Of a stretch of DNA of 64,000 bases, positions 1-9,627 are shown one piece after another (position 1 is the stretch's first letter; each line of letters starts with the position of its first letter). The stretch is from a virus (taxonomy: Duplodnaviria; Heunggongvirae; Uroviricota; Caudoviricetes): IMG/VR virus record IMGVR_UViG_3300001687_000010; one strand, given 5' to 3'. The position numbers and the translations under genes were made by a program. The notes beneath the pieces were generated by a model that saw only the letters and a program-made list of their open reading frames with translations, had not been told where the DNA came from and did no database searches.

Positions 1-60
1 ATATAATAACGATTTTGAATTACAGGTAGAATCATTTCTACCGAATCAATTATTTGAGAT

Positions 61-267
61 ATGAATGAGGAGGTGGTATATGCGTGGGGCAACAACCCCG
101 TTAGGAAGAGATTAAAAGGCAAAAGGTGTAGAGTTTTAGCGTTTGGTGCTAAAAACTCAGTGTTATTAGAATTTACAGATGGTGAGCGGATAGTAACATC
201 CCGGTATGCCATCAGGAAACAGAAGAAGAATAAAAACACCAATAAAATAGATAACCTTTTTAGGTAG
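61..267 (+). CDS. small basic hypothetical phage protein
   Basis: ORF co-oriented with neighbours; GAGGAGG at 67-73 suggests an internal GTG start is possible. Confidence 0.5.
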   Translation: MNEEVVYAWGNNPVRKRLKGKRCRVLAFGAKNSVLLEFTDGERIVTSRYAIRKQKKNKNTNKIDNLFR

Positions 268-276
268 GAGGGCAAA

Positions 277-498
277 ATGAAACCGAGATATGCCATTATT
301 AACGATTACGAGAGGACTAAATTTGAAAAGGAGTGGCAGATGCCCTACGGTTATGGCAGAAGTCCAATGCTTAGTATGGACGCAGAAGAAGCCAAAGAAT
401 ATTTGATAGCAATGTCGGATAATCCGGCAATTGATATAAATGATTTTATAGTTGAAAAAATTTCAGAAGAAGGGAGAGAAATTTACTTTAGAATATAA
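277..498 (+). CDS. hypothetical protein
   Basis: AGGAGG Shine-Dalgarno just upstream of ATG. Confidence 0.6.
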   Translation: MKPRYAIINDYERTKFEKEWQMPYGYGRSPMLSMDAEEAKEYLIAMSDNPAIDINDFIVEKISEEGREIYFRI

Positions 499-523
499 AA
501 ATTAAAAATAAATAAGTGCTGAA

Positions 524-605
524 GATAGAGCAGTAAGGAGGGTGGAAGGGCGAGCATTGGACCAGCATTCCTGCCAAAGGAGTATGCGGTTAAAACTGCT
601 CTATC
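524..605 (+). ncRNA. candidate structured RNA in the thyA leader
   Basis: perfect 11-bp inverted repeat GATAGAGCAGT (524-534)/ACTGCTCTATC (595-605) enclosing an internal hairpin (565-587); intergenic. Confidence 0.4.
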
Positions 606-626
606 GACTTTCTTGGGGGAAGTTTA

Positions 627-1421
627 GTGGAATCTGTATTTATAAAGGAAAAGACGTTAGACTCAATGTGGTTCGCATTATTGAGTGAGTTATATAAAAA
701 GGGGAGAAAAAACAAAATAGACGCCGGTAGTTATGCTGGCGCAACAAGACTTGAATTTGATTTTGCAGCCGGGACAATCGAGTACCCGACTACACGACCT
801 CTGGCACCGATTATGCCAGAAGGTGTCCCACCTGTTACGACTGACGATGTTATCCAAGAGTACTTTGTTAATTACCTAATGGACGGGCAAAACTTGGCCG
901 AGAATGAACATTATAGGTATGCAACGTGGATAGCAGGCGGAGACTACAAATTACCATATATCGATATCCAAAACCTAACGGCTAATATGCCGTGGAAAAG
1001 TACGTTATGTGTTGTAAATGTACCCAATCAGGTTCAGTGGCTTATAGACCATTATAAGGAAAAAGGATTCGGTAACAATCATTGCTACATACAAGTTGGT
1101 TATCCAGAGAGTAATTATGCTTATAATATACCGTATGAAACGGAAGCGGATAGACAAACCAGTCCGTGTTTACGGGGAATAGATACGCATATTAAAGATG
1201 GAAAATTACATATGGCTTGTGTTTTTCGGTCATGGGATTTATATGCCGGTTTCCCGGAAAACATGGGCGGACTCACCCTCTTGTTAGAATACATTTCAAA
1301 TGAGCTTGGTATCAGACCGGGCCCCCTTTCATTTTCAAGTCTTAAATTACATTGCTATGATTTTGAATTAGAAGCTGTTAAGGAGAGGTTAAAAATTGTC
1401 GGTACAAAAAGAGATAAGTGA
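627..1421 (+). CDS. thyA: thymidylate synthase (ThyA-fold, archaeal/anaerobe-like)
   Basis: catalytic SPCL, FRSWD, GFPEN (Asn at the dUMP/dCMP specificity site), SLKLHCY motif. Confidence 0.8.
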   Translation: MESVFIKEKTLDSMWFALLSELYKKGRKNKIDAGSYAGATRLEFDFAAGTIEYPTTRPLAPIMPEGVPPVTTDDVIQEYFVNYLMDGQNLAENEHYRYATWIAGGDYKLPYIDIQNLTANMPWKSTLCVVNVPNQVQWLIDHYKEKGFGNNHCYIQVGYPESNYAYNIPYETEADRQTSPCLRGIDTHIKDGKLHMACVFRSWDLYAGFPENMGGLTLLLEYISNELGIRPGPLSFSSLKLHCYDFELEAVKERLKIVGTKRDK

Positions 1422-1962
1422 CCTGTTCGATGGCGTAGTAAGTGATATTTGCGGACAGGAACAAGAAAAACCAAAAACCGTGGATGAGATTATATCTGAA
1501 AAGGTTTCCGAAATAATTGAAAACCGCAGATTGGAACAAAAACAAAAACAAGATAGACTTCATTGGTATTCTAATTATGAAACGTGGGAACGGGAACGGT
1601 CATCGTTTTATAGGTTAGTTGAAAAATGTAGTCGAGATGAATATACTTGTGGTAAGTGCGATGCTAAGTTTGAGATATGGACTGATAGTGAACCGCTTAA
1701 TTATAAATTAAGAGACTGGCCGGATTGGAAAATAAAAGCGGCTGCAGAGGCTTTAGGTTATAGGGATGTTACCAATGAGTATACTTTTGATAAAATATAT
1801 GTTAAACAGCAGACCTTTTTCTGTTCTAAATGTGGACAGGCGCATAGGACTATGGGGATAATTAGATATATAAAAATGACGAGTGGAGAGAGTAGCGGAC
1901 GGATGTTTAATGAACGTAGAGAACAAAGTTCAACATTAGAGTGGAGAAATTCTTACATATAG
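1396..1962 (+). CDS. hypothetical zinc-ribbon protein
   Basis: CGKC and CSKC pairs. Confidence 0.55.
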   Translation: MSVQKEISDLFDGVVSDICGQEQEKPKTVDEIISEKVSEIIENRRLEQKQKQDRLHWYSNYETWERERSSFYRLVEKCSRDEYTCGKCDAKFEIWTDSEPLNYKLRDWPDWKIKAAAEALGYRDVTNEYTFDKIYVKQQTFFCSKCGQAHRTMGIIRYIKMTSGESSGRMFNERREQSSTLEWRNSYI

Positions 1963-1971
1963 GGGGAGAGA

Positions 1972-4179
1972 GTGGAGTTATCAGAAAACGCACAACACGT
2001 ATTTTTTAAGGAACCAAAATACTGTTTAGCCGGGGAGTCAATAGACGATGCTTTTCATCGAGTGGCTAAAGAATTTGCGACTAATAAAGAAGAAGAAGAT
2101 TTAGCCTTCGATTTATTAAAAGAAAATATATGGCGGCCCAATACTCCTGTGTTTTTGAATTCAGGTTCGGAGCATAGGGTATTTTCTGCTTGTTATGTTG
2201 TCGGATTGGAAGATACGATGGAAAGTATTTATGATATCGCTAATACCGCAAGACGTATTTTTCAACATGGGGCCGGTATCGGTATTCCTATTGGAAATTT
2301 AAGAGAAAAAGATGCTTATATTTATGAGGGGAATCCCGATAGACCACCAGAGGGGCAATCGTCCGGTCCGATAACTTTTATGAAGCTCTATGACGCAGTT
2401 GGGGAGACAACTAAAAGCGGTGGACGGGTAAGGCGAGCGGCCATACTCTGTTCGATGCCCTGCTGGCACCCTGATATCGTGGATTTTATAAGTTGTAAAC
2501 AAGAAGATGGCCGCTTGTCTAATATGAACATTTCGGTAATGCTAACTGATGCTTTTATGCGGTCTCTTGAGGATGGTACGCCATTTGATTTACGGACTCC
2601 GGCAACGGGTGAAAAAATGGGTGAGGTTGACCCACGTGAGGTATGGAACCGGATAGCAGATATGGCGCATAAATCAGGTGACCCCGGTGTTATATTCATA
2701 GATAATGTAAATAGGTACAATCCGTTATTAAGGGATTTTCTTATTGAGTGTACAAATCCTTGTGGGGAGCAACCACTTTTACCTTTTGGATGTTGTAACC
2801 TGAGTGCGATAAATCTTAATTCGTTTATAACATCAAATGGGGAGTTTGATTTTGATGCTTTTTATTTAACGGCTAAAAAGATTACAAAACTAATGGATAA
2901 CGTAATTGATACTATGGATTATCCAGACCCACGTTTTATGGAAAATGCTCGTAAATATCGTCCGATTGGAGTCGGAATTATGGGTTTAGCGGACACATTG
3001 TTCCGATTAAATCTTCGTTATGATGGCCCCGATGGACGCAAGTTCGCTTCAGACGTTATGCGGAATTTAACGACTGCCTGCGTTGAAGCGAGTACGGAGT
3101 TAGCCGAAGAGCATGGCCCGTTTTATGAATACGAGAGATATAGGGACGATGTTGAGCGAATTATACGAGAACATACGGGCGGAAATGCTGAAATTATGGA
3201 AAAGGTTATGGCTAACGGAGTTCGGCATATTCAGTTTACGACCTGTCAGCCGACTGGTACAACGGCACTATCTGCGGATGCTTCTTATGGTATTGAGCCG
3301 ATGATGGGATTGGTGTTCCAAAAAAACCTTATTAGCGGTCAGAAAATGATAATTGCTAACCCGATATTTGAGGAGAGATTTAAAAACGAAGAATGGTATC
3401 GGGATGATTTAGTGGAAAAAATATTTAAGAACGGCGGAAGCCTAAAGGGTATACACGGCATTCCTAAAGAGGTTAGGGACGTGTTTGTCGTGGCGCATGA
3501 TATAGCGTTTAAATCCCGTATTGATATGCAGGCTGAACTCCAGAAATACTGTAGCACGGCAATAAGCAGTACGGTTAATTTGCCGAAGGAAACCACTAAG
3601 GAAGAAGTAGCTGAAATATATAAATATGCTTACGAAAAAGGATTAAAAGGTGTTACAATTTACAGAGACGGGAGCAAGAAAAATCAGCCCGTTACCTTTG
3701 AGAAAAAGATAGATAATTTTGAACGTCCCAATAGGTTACATTCGGAGACCTTTACGGTTGAAACGGGTAATGGTAAAATGTATGTAACCATTTCTGATGA
3801 TAAGGGTAGACCCCTTGAGATTTTCCTATTTTTGGGCAAATCCGGCCAGATTCTTAACTCGTTTTCGGAGGCTTTAGGAAGGGCGTTATCACTGGCTTTA
3901 CAAAATGGAGTGCCGGTGGATGCTTTAGCGAAGACGTTACGGGGGATTAATACTGATAGTGTGGCGTGGCATAGGTTTGAAGATAACGATGAAAAACCGA
4001 CCCAAATCTTGAGCATACCGGACGGTATTGCTAAATTGCTTGACCGCTATTATTTAGGCCGACAAGAGAAACATACTAATGGGACTATTAGTCAGGAGAT
4101 TTGCCCTAAATGTGGGCTAAATATGACGGCCACAGAGGGATGTTTTAGCTGTATTTGTGGCCATAGTAAATGTATGTAA
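1972..4179 (+). CDS. nrdJ: adenosylcobalamin-dependent (class II) ribonucleotide reductase with C-terminal TSCPD-like/Zn-ribbon domain
   Basis: PNTP, SAC, GGRVRRAA, TNPCGEQPL, PTGT, KGVTIYRDG motifs; C-terminal GKMYVTI...SIPDGIA and CPKC..CFSCICGHSKC. Confidence 0.9.
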   Translation: MELSENAQHVFFKEPKYCLAGESIDDAFHRVAKEFATNKEEEDLAFDLLKENIWRPNTPVFLNSGSEHRVFSACYVVGLEDTMESIYDIANTARRIFQHGAGIGIPIGNLREKDAYIYEGNPDRPPEGQSSGPITFMKLYDAVGETTKSGGRVRRAAILCSMPCWHPDIVDFISCKQEDGRLSNMNISVMLTDAFMRSLEDGTPFDLRTPATGEKMGEVDPREVWNRIADMAHKSGDPGVIFIDNVNRYNPLLRDFLIECTNPCGEQPLLPFGCCNLSAINLNSFITSNGEFDFDAFYLTAKKITKLMDNVIDTMDYPDPRFMENARKYRPIGVGIMGLADTLFRLNLRYDGPDGRKFASDVMRNLTTACVEASTELAEEHGPFYEYERYRDDVERIIREHTGGNAEIMEKVMANGVRHIQFTTCQPTGTTALSADASYGIEPMMGLVFQKNLISGQKMIIANPIFEERFKNEEWYRDDLVEKIFKNGGSLKGIHGIPKEVRDVFVVAHDIAFKSRIDMQAELQKYCSTAISSTVNLPKETTKEEVAEIYKYAYEKGLKGVTIYRDGSKKNQPVTFEKKIDNFERPNRLHSETFTVETGNGKMYVTISDDKGRPLEIFLFLGKSGQILNSFSEALGRALSLALQNGVPVDALAKTLRGINTDSVAWHRFEDNDEKPTQILSIPDGIAKLLDRYYLGRQEKHTNGTISQEICPKCGLNMTATEGCFSCICGHSKCM

Positions 4180-4196
4180 GGGAGAATGGATAAAAC

Positions 4197-4952
4197 ATGG
4201 GTACGGAATACAAAAATCTAATTGAAGATATTGTTGAATGGCTTAATGAGTATTGCGAAACCGCTTACATGGACGGCTTTGTGGTTGGAGTGTCGGGCGG
4301 AATTGATTCTGCTGTAACGTCCACTTTATGTGCTAAAACGGGGCTAAAAACCATAGTTCTCAGTATGCCGATTCACCAAGACCCCGGTTTGCCAGAAATG
4401 CATATCGGCTGGCTTCGGTCTCAATTTAAAAATGTAGAGTACCGGATTATAAAACTTACGAATATTTATGACCAATTTGTAACGATGTTTTTAGCCGACC
4501 CGTTATCGGGAATTGCGGGGGCCAATTTGCGGTCACGATTGCGTATGATAACGCTATATGCGGTTGCCAATAAGCATAAGTTGCTTGTATGTGGTACGGG
4601 TAATAAGGTTGAGGATTTTGGTGTTGGATTTTTTACAAAATATGGGGATGGGGGAGTTGATATATCCCCGATAGCCGATTGTTATAAATCTGATGTTTAT
4701 GCTATGGCCAAAATATTAAATATTATGCCGGAGATTCAGGATGCCGACCCCACAGACGGTTTATGGGCGGATGGTAGAACGGATGAAGACCAATTAGGCG
4801 CAACATATCCCGAATTAGAATGGGCAATGAAATATAAATATAATACAGAGTTAACCGAAAGGGAACAAGAAGTGCTAATGATTTTTATGGAGCATAATGC
4901 GAGAAACAGACATAAAATGGAACCCATTCCGGTATTTAAACGGGATATTTGA
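4197..4952 (+). CDS. nadE: NH3-dependent NAD+ synthetase
   Basis: SGGIDSA PP-loop, NLRSRLRM, GFFTKYGDGG, PTDGLW..TDEDQLG..Y. Confidence 0.93.
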   Translation: MGTEYKNLIEDIVEWLNEYCETAYMDGFVVGVSGGIDSAVTSTLCAKTGLKTIVLSMPIHQDPGLPEMHIGWLRSQFKNVEYRIIKLTNIYDQFVTMFLADPLSGIAGANLRSRLRMITLYAVANKHKLLVCGTGNKVEDFGVGFFTKYGDGGVDISPIADCYKSDVYAMAKILNIMPEIQDADPTDGLWADGRTDEDQLGATYPELEWAMKYKYNTELTEREQEVLMIFMEHNARNRHKMEPIPVFKRDI

Positions 4953-5118
4953 TGATATTATAGAGTATGAAAGCAAGAATTGTTCCACTTGTTGGTGGAG
5001 CACGGGAGATTCTACGGCGGCTCACCCCGGAGATGTTTGGTGCTCGTTTCACAAGAAATCGCAGTCACCGAATATGTGGTGTAGCCATTATAGAAATAAA
5101 GCAACAAGACAAAATTAG
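4897..5118 (+). CDS. small Cys-rich protein (true start probably near 4945, IFDDII)
   Basis: CxxC..C..C pattern; N-terminal FDDII motif shared with neighbours. Confidence 0.45.
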   Translation: MRETDIKWNPFRYLNGIFDDIIEYESKNCSTCWWSTGDSTAAHPGDVWCSFHKKSQSPNMWCSHYRNKATRQN

Positions 5119-5152
5119 CCGACCTATCGAGTCGGAAAGAGGAGTAAACATC

Positions 5153-5386
5153 ATGACTGAGTTTATTAACGAAAGCAAGTATGAATTTGATGACATTTCA
5201 TCAGAAACTTACCGGGAGTATGTGTTTCCGGGCAATGAGCGTATTAGGATAGAGAATCCTAAAAAATTAGCCGTTAGCGGAAGCGGACATAGGGTATGGG
5301 ACGGCCGCAAAAGCCATTTTATACCTAAAGGCTGGATTCACCTATTTTGGGAAGTTGGAGATGGGATGCCTAATTATGTAAAATGA
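5153..5386 (+). CDS. hypothetical protein (start reassigned to 5153)
   Basis: GAGGAG SD upstream of ATG 5153. Confidence 0.6.
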   Translation: MTEFINESKYEFDDISSETYREYVFPGNERIRIENPKKLAVSGSGHRVWDGRKSHFIPKGWIHLFWEVGDGMPNYVK

Positions 5387-5389
5387 GAA

Positions 5390-5587
5390 ATGTTTGACGA
5401 TATTATAAAGCCCAAAAATAAAGAAGAAGAGTTTTTAAGCGAATGTCCAATATGCGGAGCAGGCTATGATGGGTACGTTTGCCCATTTTGCTTTTTTGAG
5501 AACAGACCGCCAAAGTTACGGATAAACCTTAAAACTGAATGTAAGGATTGTCCGGTAAAGGGCATCGAATGCGATAGGTGCGTTTAA
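5390..5587 (+). CDS. small zinc-finger protein
   Basis: four CxxC pairs; starts MFDDII. Confidence 0.55.
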   Translation: MFDDIIKPKNKEEEFLSECPICGAGYDGYVCPFCFFENRPPKLRINLKTECKDCPVKGIECDRCV

Positions 5588-5793
5588 TGTACGATGATAT
5601 CTTGACTTCTAAAAATCCCGATGTTATAAAGACCTGTGCTAATTGTGAAAAAGCCAGTTATATATTATCTAATTATTCGGATAAGATTTATTGTCAGGAG
5701 AAAAAACAGCATATGGAAAAGGCTATGGTTTGCCGTTTATGGGATGAGCGCAAAACGGGCGGAGATTGTTTTGGTGTTTGTTTTGGAATTTAG
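5587..5793 (+). CDS. small Cys-rich protein
   Basis: TAATG overlap with previous stop; MYDDIL start; CANC..C..C. Confidence 0.55.
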   Translation: MYDDILTSKNPDVIKTCANCEKASYILSNYSDKIYCQEKKQHMEKAMVCRLWDERKTGGDCFGVCFGI

Positions 5794-5803
5794 AAAAAAA
5801 GAC

Positions 5804-5832
5804 TTGACAGGCTTTCTATTATAGGTTATAGT
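5804..5832 (+). promoter_or_regulatory. sigma70-type promoter
   Basis: TTGACA-17 nt-TATAGT, A-tract upstream. Confidence 0.7.
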
Positions 5833-5871
5833 GGAGTCTAAAATCCCAAATTTGTAGAAAGGAGAATTGCT

Positions 5872-6285
5872 ATGGAAAACTGTTCGATTTTTAAACACTA
5901 TGAGAAGTTGCAGCCTATGTCCGGTGAGGAGATTGCCCAAGTGCCTATGTGGGGAAGCGAAGGTAAGTTTAAGCGGATTTACGCAAGCCCAAATAGCGAT
6001 GATTATATTATCAATTTTGAGGGTAATAAAACCACCACTCGTCAGCACGTTTCTTCTATCCTTAAAAAAGGTATGGGAAAGGTCTATACATTTTTAAAGA
6101 ATGACGACCCTGACGCATCTCCGTTTGAAATAGCGGCGAATATTCTTATGATGTTCGGAGTTAACCACAGCGATAAAAAGGAGATTAAGAAGTTTTTTAG
6201 GCTATTTCCTAAAGATATAAAAAATGAAATTGAACGAGACGGACGAGAAAAACTCGCACTATTATGCGGAGAGGCAACTATGTAA
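5872..6285 (+). CDS. hypothetical protein
   Basis: AAGGAG SD; downstream of promoter. Confidence 0.65.
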   Translation: MENCSIFKHYEKLQPMSGEEIAQVPMWGSEGKFKRIYASPNSDDYIINFEGNKTTTRQHVSSILKKGMGKVYTFLKNDDPDASPFEIAANILMMFGVNHSDKKEIKKFFRLFPKDIKNEIERDGREKLALLCGEATM

Positions 6286-6415
6286 GAATTGTTTTCATTG
6301 TAAAACAAAAGGCGATAAGGTCTATTGTAAATTTGGGGTTTTTGAAGAGAGTAAAAACAAAACCCTGCTTTATGTTCCGCAAGAGTTTGATTGCCCGTAT
6401 TATGAGGATGCTTAA
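6224..6415 (+). CDS. small Cys-rich protein (start uncertain)
   Basis: CKNCFHC..YC..DCPYY. Confidence 0.45.
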   Translation: MKLNETDEKNSHYYAERQLCKNCFHCKTKGDKVYCKFGVFEESKNKTLLYVPQEFDCPYYEDA

Positions 6416-6417
6416 AA

Positions 6418-6714
6418 ATGACCAAATATGAAAAATATTTAAACGAGCAAAGAGATTGGCATTATTATGTTGATGACGATTATGCGACTCTTGACCCGAA
6501 AAAGAAAAATGAAGTTTTTGAAACTATTAAAAAATTCATTTATAATCTACCATCGAAATATAGCAATAAAAAAGAAGTATTTGCTCAAATGAGAAAGGAT
6601 GGTTTACGGGTTCCTGTTAAAGAGGTTAATGATTATATAGAGGGTTTGGATGAGTCAAGATTAGAAGAATTAATCGGGCTTATATTGGATTATTTCAAGC
6701 ATAACGTATATTAG
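6418..6714 (+). CDS. putative capsid-internal protein (CTS-like N-terminus)
   Basis: N-terminus MTKYEKYLNE. Confidence 0.55.
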   Translation: MTKYEKYLNEQRDWHYYVDDDYATLDPKKKNEVFETIKKFIYNLPSKYSNKKEVFAQMRKDGLRVPVKEVNDYIEGLDESRLEELIGLILDYFKHNVY

Positions 6715-6758
6715 AGAGTAAAATAAGAGAGGAGAAATAATTCGTGAGGTAAAATTGT

Positions 6759-7763
6759 TTGATTAGTTTACAAATTGTTACGAGTTTTATGTATGAAAAC
6801 TTTGAACGTGTTACCGTATCCGAAGGTGGTACGCATTTTCACGCCAAATGTCGCTTATGTGGCGACTCCAAAAAATCCCTATCAAAAAAACGATTCCATT
6901 TAGACTGGAAGAACGGCAAGCCGGTCTATCACTGCTGGAACTGCGGCAAAAGCGGTAGTTTTATTAAGCTGTATATGATAGTTATGGGAGTTGACTTTGA
7001 ACAAGCCAAAAAAGACCTGTTTAAATACGATTCTAAACGTATGAAAAAGCAACTCCAGTCGGAAGATAAACCGGCAAAAACAGTCGGTCTTCCGCAAGTT
7101 TTTGATATTTTAGATGACTGTTGGGATGAGAATATTTGTGCGGACGCCACGATGTGGCTAACTGCTTCTAACATATTAAAACGCTTTCGCAGTGACCGGA
7201 AAATCCCCGAAGAATATAAGTTGTATATGGCTTACAAGGGCAAATATAAGGGACGCATTATTATACCTGTATTTTCGCATGAAAAGGTTGTATATTTCCA
7301 AGCCCGGAGAATACCGGATTCTGGATGGCAGCCGAAATATTTAAACCCGAGTTCCGAAAAGGAAATTATAATCCATAATAAGGATAAGTTCGATAGGGAA
7401 AAATACATAGTCGTTACAGAGGGGTTAATAGATGCCTTTATGGTCGGGGAGCAAGGCACGACTTGTTTAGGTAAGGAAATATCAGAGGACTTTTTACGGG
7501 AGTTGTTTAAGCTGACCGGACGTGGTGTTATCGTGGCTTTTGATAATGACGATGAGGGAATGAAGGCTATGTTAAAGTTTATGAAGAAAAACCGTCACGC
7601 CAAAAAAGTACGTTATTTTCTAACACCAAAAAAATATAAGGAGTGTAAAGATATAAATAAGATTGTAGTGAGAAACAAAGAAGTTGGTAGCGTTTATGAT
7701 ATGGTTAATTCCCATTCTTACGACTACTGGAAGACGTACACGACATTGAAATTAGGAGGATAA
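6759..7763 (+). CDS. T4 gp61-like DNA primase
   Basis: Zn finger CRLC..CWNC; GRIIIP, FQARR, KYLNP, TEGLIDA, AFDNDDEG, KDIN TOPRIM motifs. Confidence 0.88.
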   Translation: MISLQIVTSFMYENFERVTVSEGGTHFHAKCRLCGDSKKSLSKKRFHLDWKNGKPVYHCWNCGKSGSFIKLYMIVMGVDFEQAKKDLFKYDSKRMKKQLQSEDKPAKTVGLPQVFDILDDCWDENICADATMWLTASNILKRFRSDRKIPEEYKLYMAYKGKYKGRIIIPVFSHEKVVYFQARRIPDSGWQPKYLNPSSEKEIIIHNKDKFDREKYIVVTEGLIDAFMVGEQGTTCLGKEISEDFLRELFKLTGRGVIVAFDNDDEGMKAMLKFMKKNRHAKKVRYFLTPKKYKECKDINKIVVRNKEVGSVYDMVNSHSYDYWKTYTTLKLGG

Positions 7764-7770
7764 AATTGTA

Positions 7771-8247
7771 ATGAGATTGACTAATATAGGGAGTGATTAT
7801 ATCCGCATTGATGAGGACAATATCGAGGATGCCGACTTGTTAAGTATCCCACGAGTTCATCTCATAAAGTTAGATTTTTTTAAGCCCACAGAAGGTAAGG
7901 TAAGAACTGTATTGGATTTGTTCCCAAAGACGAACCGTTACGTTATCGAGAATAATATTAAAACGTATAATTATATTTTAAAGAATACGAGTAAAAAATA
8001 TTACGTTGAAAATTCGATAGGCGCAAAGGTTATCACGTTTTTTAAGAAGAACAATAAAGTACTGGTTAATTTTAATAACTTAACAGAAGCGGAACGTAGA
8101 TTTTTGCTTTCTGATGATTGTTTTGATGATGTATTAAAAAATACCGAAGTAATAAAAATAGGCCAAGACGTATTTGAGGCCAAAAAAACTGTACTGGATA
8201 ACTGGAGCGGCAACGTTATTATACATAACGGCAGTGCTCTACTGTAA
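7771..8247 (+). CDS. hypothetical protein
   Basis: AGGAGG upstream; fills operon. Confidence 0.6.
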   Translation: MRLTNIGSDYIRIDEDNIEDADLLSIPRVHLIKLDFFKPTEGKVRTVLDLFPKTNRYVIENNIKTYNYILKNTSKKYYVENSIGAKVITFFKKNNKVLVNFNNLTEAERRFLLSDDCFDDVLKNTEVIKIGQDVFEAKKTVLDNWSGNVIIHNGSALL

Positions 8248-8250
8248 AAA

Positions 8251-9060
8251 ATGATTGGAATAGCTGGACCGTACATAGGTGATTTTGAACAGGAGATTGT
8301 TACGTTTAGACCATATATAAGATGGGTTTTTCAAAATACGGATGTTAGTAAGATGTATGTGAATACCCATTTTAATAGGATGTTTCTGTACGAAAACTTT
8401 ATCCCACCAGAACAGATAATCCCTGTACCGGAGCATTTATCCAGAGCAGAAATGGAGCAATCAGGTTATATCCATAACCTTATAGCCCCTAAAGATTTTA
8501 ATATTTTAGTTAAGATGATTAAAGAGGACGTGGTTGAGCGAGAGGGGTGTACAAAGCGTGATTTAGAAATGTTTACACTAAGTTATATCAAATCAACCAC
8601 TCCATATTCTATATACCAAAAGCTATTTCACAGCATAGATGGTTTAGATATAAAAAACCCATATAAAGGCAAGATTGTATATATTCCATATAACGATAAG
8701 CGTGGACGCTTAAAAGCCGTAAAACAGTTTTTGGCCGATTATGATAGCGTTATTATGGGTGACCAGAGTACACGGTTTAAAGACGATAATGCGGTTCTGG
8801 CCCGTTCTGATTATTTTTCCAATGGATGGAAATTAATCGTTAAAGCGATAAGCGAGTGTAAAGCCTTAATATGTCCGGTAAGCCACTGGGCAGTTATAGG
8901 CAATTTACAGCAGGTCCCCGTTTTTACTTGGGGGGAAAATGTAGGGCAGTTTAAAGAAGGTGGAATATATAATTTTAACCCGAATTGTGAGGCAATAGCA
9001 ACTATGAAAATAGACGTTATTGTTAGGATGATACAGCATTTTTTGGAGGGAATGAGATGA
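8251..9060 (+). CDS. putative glycosyltransferase-like protein (GT-B/heptosyltransferase-like C-terminus)
   Basis: GPYIGDF N-terminus; AISECKALICPVSHWAVIGNLQQVPVFTWG resembles GT9 C-terminal signature. Confidence 0.4.
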   Translation: MIGIAGPYIGDFEQEIVTFRPYIRWVFQNTDVSKMYVNTHFNRMFLYENFIPPEQIIPVPEHLSRAEMEQSGYIHNLIAPKDFNILVKMIKEDVVEREGCTKRDLEMFTLSYIKSTTPYSIYQKLFHSIDGLDIKNPYKGKIVYIPYNDKRGRLKAVKQFLADYDSVIMGDQSTRFKDDNAVLARSDYFSNGWKLIVKAISECKALICPVSHWAVIGNLQQVPVFTWGENVGQFKEGGIYNFNPNCEAIATMKIDVIVRMIQHFLEGMR

Positions 9061-9326
9061 GTAAGTATGAAAAATATTTAACTGAAGCGGACGCAGGTGG
9101 TATTGAAAAGGGTATAGCAACTCTTTTTAAGCGTAAATTCGGAATGACTGTTCGCAGAATCGATGTAACCAAAAAGGTTCTTTTTGAAACCAAAGAGGGC
9201 ATTGACCCGCAGGAATTTGAAGATTTGGATAAAGTTGATGCCATAGAAGATATGCTTAAAAAAGCATATGGTAAAAATGCACTTGTAACGCACGATTTTA
9301 ACCAATGGACGGTGGAGTTGATATGA
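9057..9326 (+). CDS. putative capsid-internal protein (CTS-like)
   Basis: N-terminus MSKYEKYLTE. Confidence 0.55.
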   Translation: MSKYEKYLTEADAGGIEKGIATLFKRKFGMTVRRIDVTKKVLFETKEGIDPQEFEDLDKVDAIEDMLKKAYGKNALVTHDFNQWTVELI

Positions 9327-9619
9327 AATTTAGAGACTATGTAAACGAAGCGTTTGATTTAACAAAATCTCAAATGAAAACATTAAATAAGGTTTTAAAG
9401 AAAAACCGAATGCAGCGAATGGGCATAAGAAAACCATTAGGCAAAAAACCGAGAAAGGGTGATTTTATTCAGGATTTTCATGGGGATTTACATGAAATAG
9501 ATATGGTAAGCGGAAAATCGGCTTATACGGTTCCACCAAAAGGAAGTTCCACTCGTGAGCAATATTTTTTAGATTATCTTGTGCCTGATAATACAAATAA
9601 TGTATGGGTAGAATCATAG
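9323..9619 (+). CDS. putative capsid-internal protein (CTS-like); start reassigned
   Basis: ATGA overlap, GGAG SD; MKFRDYVNE. Confidence 0.55.
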   Translation: MKFRDYVNEAFDLTKSQMKTLNKVLKKNRMQRMGIRKPLGKKPRKGDFIQDFHGDLHEIDMVSGKSAYTVPPKGSSTREQYFLDYLVPDNTNNVWVES

Positions 9620-9627
9620 GAGAAGAG

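Noticed and set aside
535-560. SRP RNA-like GGAAGG..AGCA or THF riboswitch in the thyA leader
   Set aside because: No stem closes the GGAA, and I could not find the conserved THF riboswitch segments; left as an unassigned structure.
1972-4179. Intein or intron in nrdJ (also checked thyA, primase, uvsX)
   Set aside because: ORFs are uninterrupted, of normal length, with no intein or homing-endonuclease motifs.
4967-5152. N-terminal extension of the 139-aa ORF
   Set aside because: Overlaps another plausible gene; the strong SD supports a start at 5153.
3600-7660. Intragenic TATAAATA copies as late promoters
   Set aside because: Expected by chance in AT-rich DNA; only intergenic, well-positioned copies were called.
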